DNA of 34,836 nucleotides from an uncultured virus (IMG/VR IMGVR_UViG_3300036715_000865) (Duplodnaviria; Heunggongvirae; Uroviricota; Caudoviricetes): IMG/VR virus record IMGVR_UViG_3300036715_000865; one strand, 5' to 3'. Shown piece by piece: positions 33,613 to 34,836 of this stretch (position 1 is its first letter; each line of letters starts with the position of its first letter). The notes under the pieces were generated by a model. It saw only the letters and a program-made list of their open reading frames with translations, ran no database searches and was not told where the DNA came from. The position numbers and the translations under genes were made by a program.

Positions 33613-34835
33613 TGGATAAGGTCGAGCAATTACAGAAATCACTCAAAGTTGTTGCCTTGGCTAACTTCAGAGGAGAGGTTGAAGATGAAATGTTGATTAA
33701 TGCTTTTGAGAAATTCTCGAAAGCAATCAACTTTTTACCAGATGATAATTATGAAATCATTAAGTCTAAAACCTTTTATGATTCAATCAATGGTATAATT
33801 CCTGACCAGGAACTAATGAAGGCTTTGCAATTAGGACAAACTAAAGTTAAGAATGGCATTACCTATGTAGTCAAACTTACACCATCTGGACAACTGGATT
33901 GGAGAAAGGTCGTATCTAAAAAAACATCTAAAGATTCAGGCAATCCTGAAGATTATTTTGACACAGAACATTTTCCTAGCTTGTCAGATGTAGAGATAAT
34001 TAAATCTTTAGGAGGTTCGACTGGTGCCCAACTTGTAAAAGACAAAAATACTGGCAAGGAATATGTGATGAAGAAAGGTGCTTCAGCAGCCCATGTTGAA
34101 GAGGAATTTTTAGCAAATGCGATATATTCATCTTTAGGGGTTAATGTTCCTAATATGAAATTGTATAAATCTAAATCGGGTTCTCTTATTTTGTCAGAAT
34201 TCATGCCTAACACTGAGGCTGCAAATTCAAACTTGACAGACGATATACGAAAGGACGTATTGGAGAATTTTGTAGCAGATTGTTTGTTAGCTAATTGGGA
34301 TGCTTACAAAAACGACAATATATTAGTCAATAAAGATGATGGCAAAATTTATCGTGTAGACAACGGTGGTTCTTTAAGATTCTCTGCACAAGGAAGAGAT
34401 AAGGGTGACCATTTTGAAGATGAAGTAAACGAATTAGAATCTATGGTATCCAACAGCATGCAAATGACTGCTGGATTGACCCCAAAAGATATAAACAAAC
34501 AAATTAAGAAAATCTTAAAGAAAAAAGATAGTATTCTGTCAATGATAGAAGACGATGATTTGAACTTGAAGATGAGCAATAGATTCGCAAGTCTTGAGCT
34601 GAGACTAGAGGATTTAGACGAAACAAAAGACCCATATCGAGATTTAAGTGATAACGAAATGGAGAAAGCATTAGCTGATGCTGGACATATGTGGAGTAGT
34701 GATAATACTCATGGCTGGAATTTTCTATCAAATATTTGTAAGTTAAGAGGTTTTGATAAAGTAGCAACTGAAGTGGATGATTCAACATTTCAAAAAGCTA
34801 TCGAAAAGAAGGGTGCATTTATGGTTAATCGTGGT
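33612..34835 (+). CDS. Cargo-leader-bearing multidomain protein with HipA/PI3-PI4K-like kinase domain, 3'-truncated by the window edge (not in the ORF track)
   Basis: ATG at 33612 (TAATG overlap), open to the window end. Reads LMKALQLGQTKVKNGITY...GQLDWRK, then LGGSTGA, YVMKK, EEFLAN, LSEF, DCLLANWD...DNIL, RVDNGGSL. Confidence 0.8.
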   Translation, partial: MDKVEQLQKSLKVVALANFRGEVEDEMLINAFEKFSKAINFLPDDNYEIIKSKTFYDSINGIIPDQELMKALQLGQTKVKNGITYVVKLTPSGQLDWRKVVSKKTSKDSGNPEDYFDTEHFPSLSDVEIIKSLGGSTGAQLVKDKNTGKEYVMKKGASAAHVEEEFLANAIYSSLGVNVPNMKLYKSKSGSLILSEFMPNTEAANSNLTDDIRKDVLENFVADCLLANWDAYKNDNILVNKDDGKIYRVDNGGSLRFSAQGRDKGDHFEDEVNELESMVSNSMQMTAGLTPKDINKQIKKILKKKDSILSMIEDDDLNLKMSNRFASLELRLEDLDETKDPYRDLSDNEMEKALADAGHMWSSDNTHGWNFLSNICKLRGFDKVATEVDDSTFQKAIEKKGAFMVNRG

Positions 34836-34836
34836 T

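Noticed and set aside
193..34788. Short minus-strand ORFs in the track (e.g. 4461..4763, 7476..7811, 21228..21533, 32208..32516, 33953..34213)
   Set aside because: All overlap longer + strand genes with recognisable motifs and show no motif of their own.

Overview
A gene-dense, AT-rich segment of a large tailed dsDNA phage, with essentially all real genes on the + strand. The host is probably a Bacteroidota bacterium (inferred from an SCKK-type lipoprotein, the general lack of Shine-Dalgarno sites and a TTG-N19-box promoter). The left part (1-7.9 kb) holds accessory and nucleotide-metabolism genes: a J-domain protein, a DenV-like glycosylase, a macrodomain, dUTPase, a DEDDh exonuclease and an aberrant tRNA-like element. 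Next come the terminase large subunit, portal, collagen-like and Cys-rich fibre proteins, a lysis cassette and a MuF-like head protein, interrupted by two small islands under a duplicated promoter. The most striking signal is a family of at least six otherwise unrelated proteins that share N-terminal leader modules and repeated [ILMF]-x-K-[A/S/G] motifs. They carry different payloads (AAA ATPase, HipA/PI3K-like kinase, acidic region, unknown domains), consistent with a modular capsid-packaged cargo system. A 5-hmdU DNA kinase-like gene plus a PIG-L deacetylase/glycosyltransferase pair suggest a possibly unusual amino-sugar modification of DNA or virion. All family calls come from motif recognition by eye; no searches were run.
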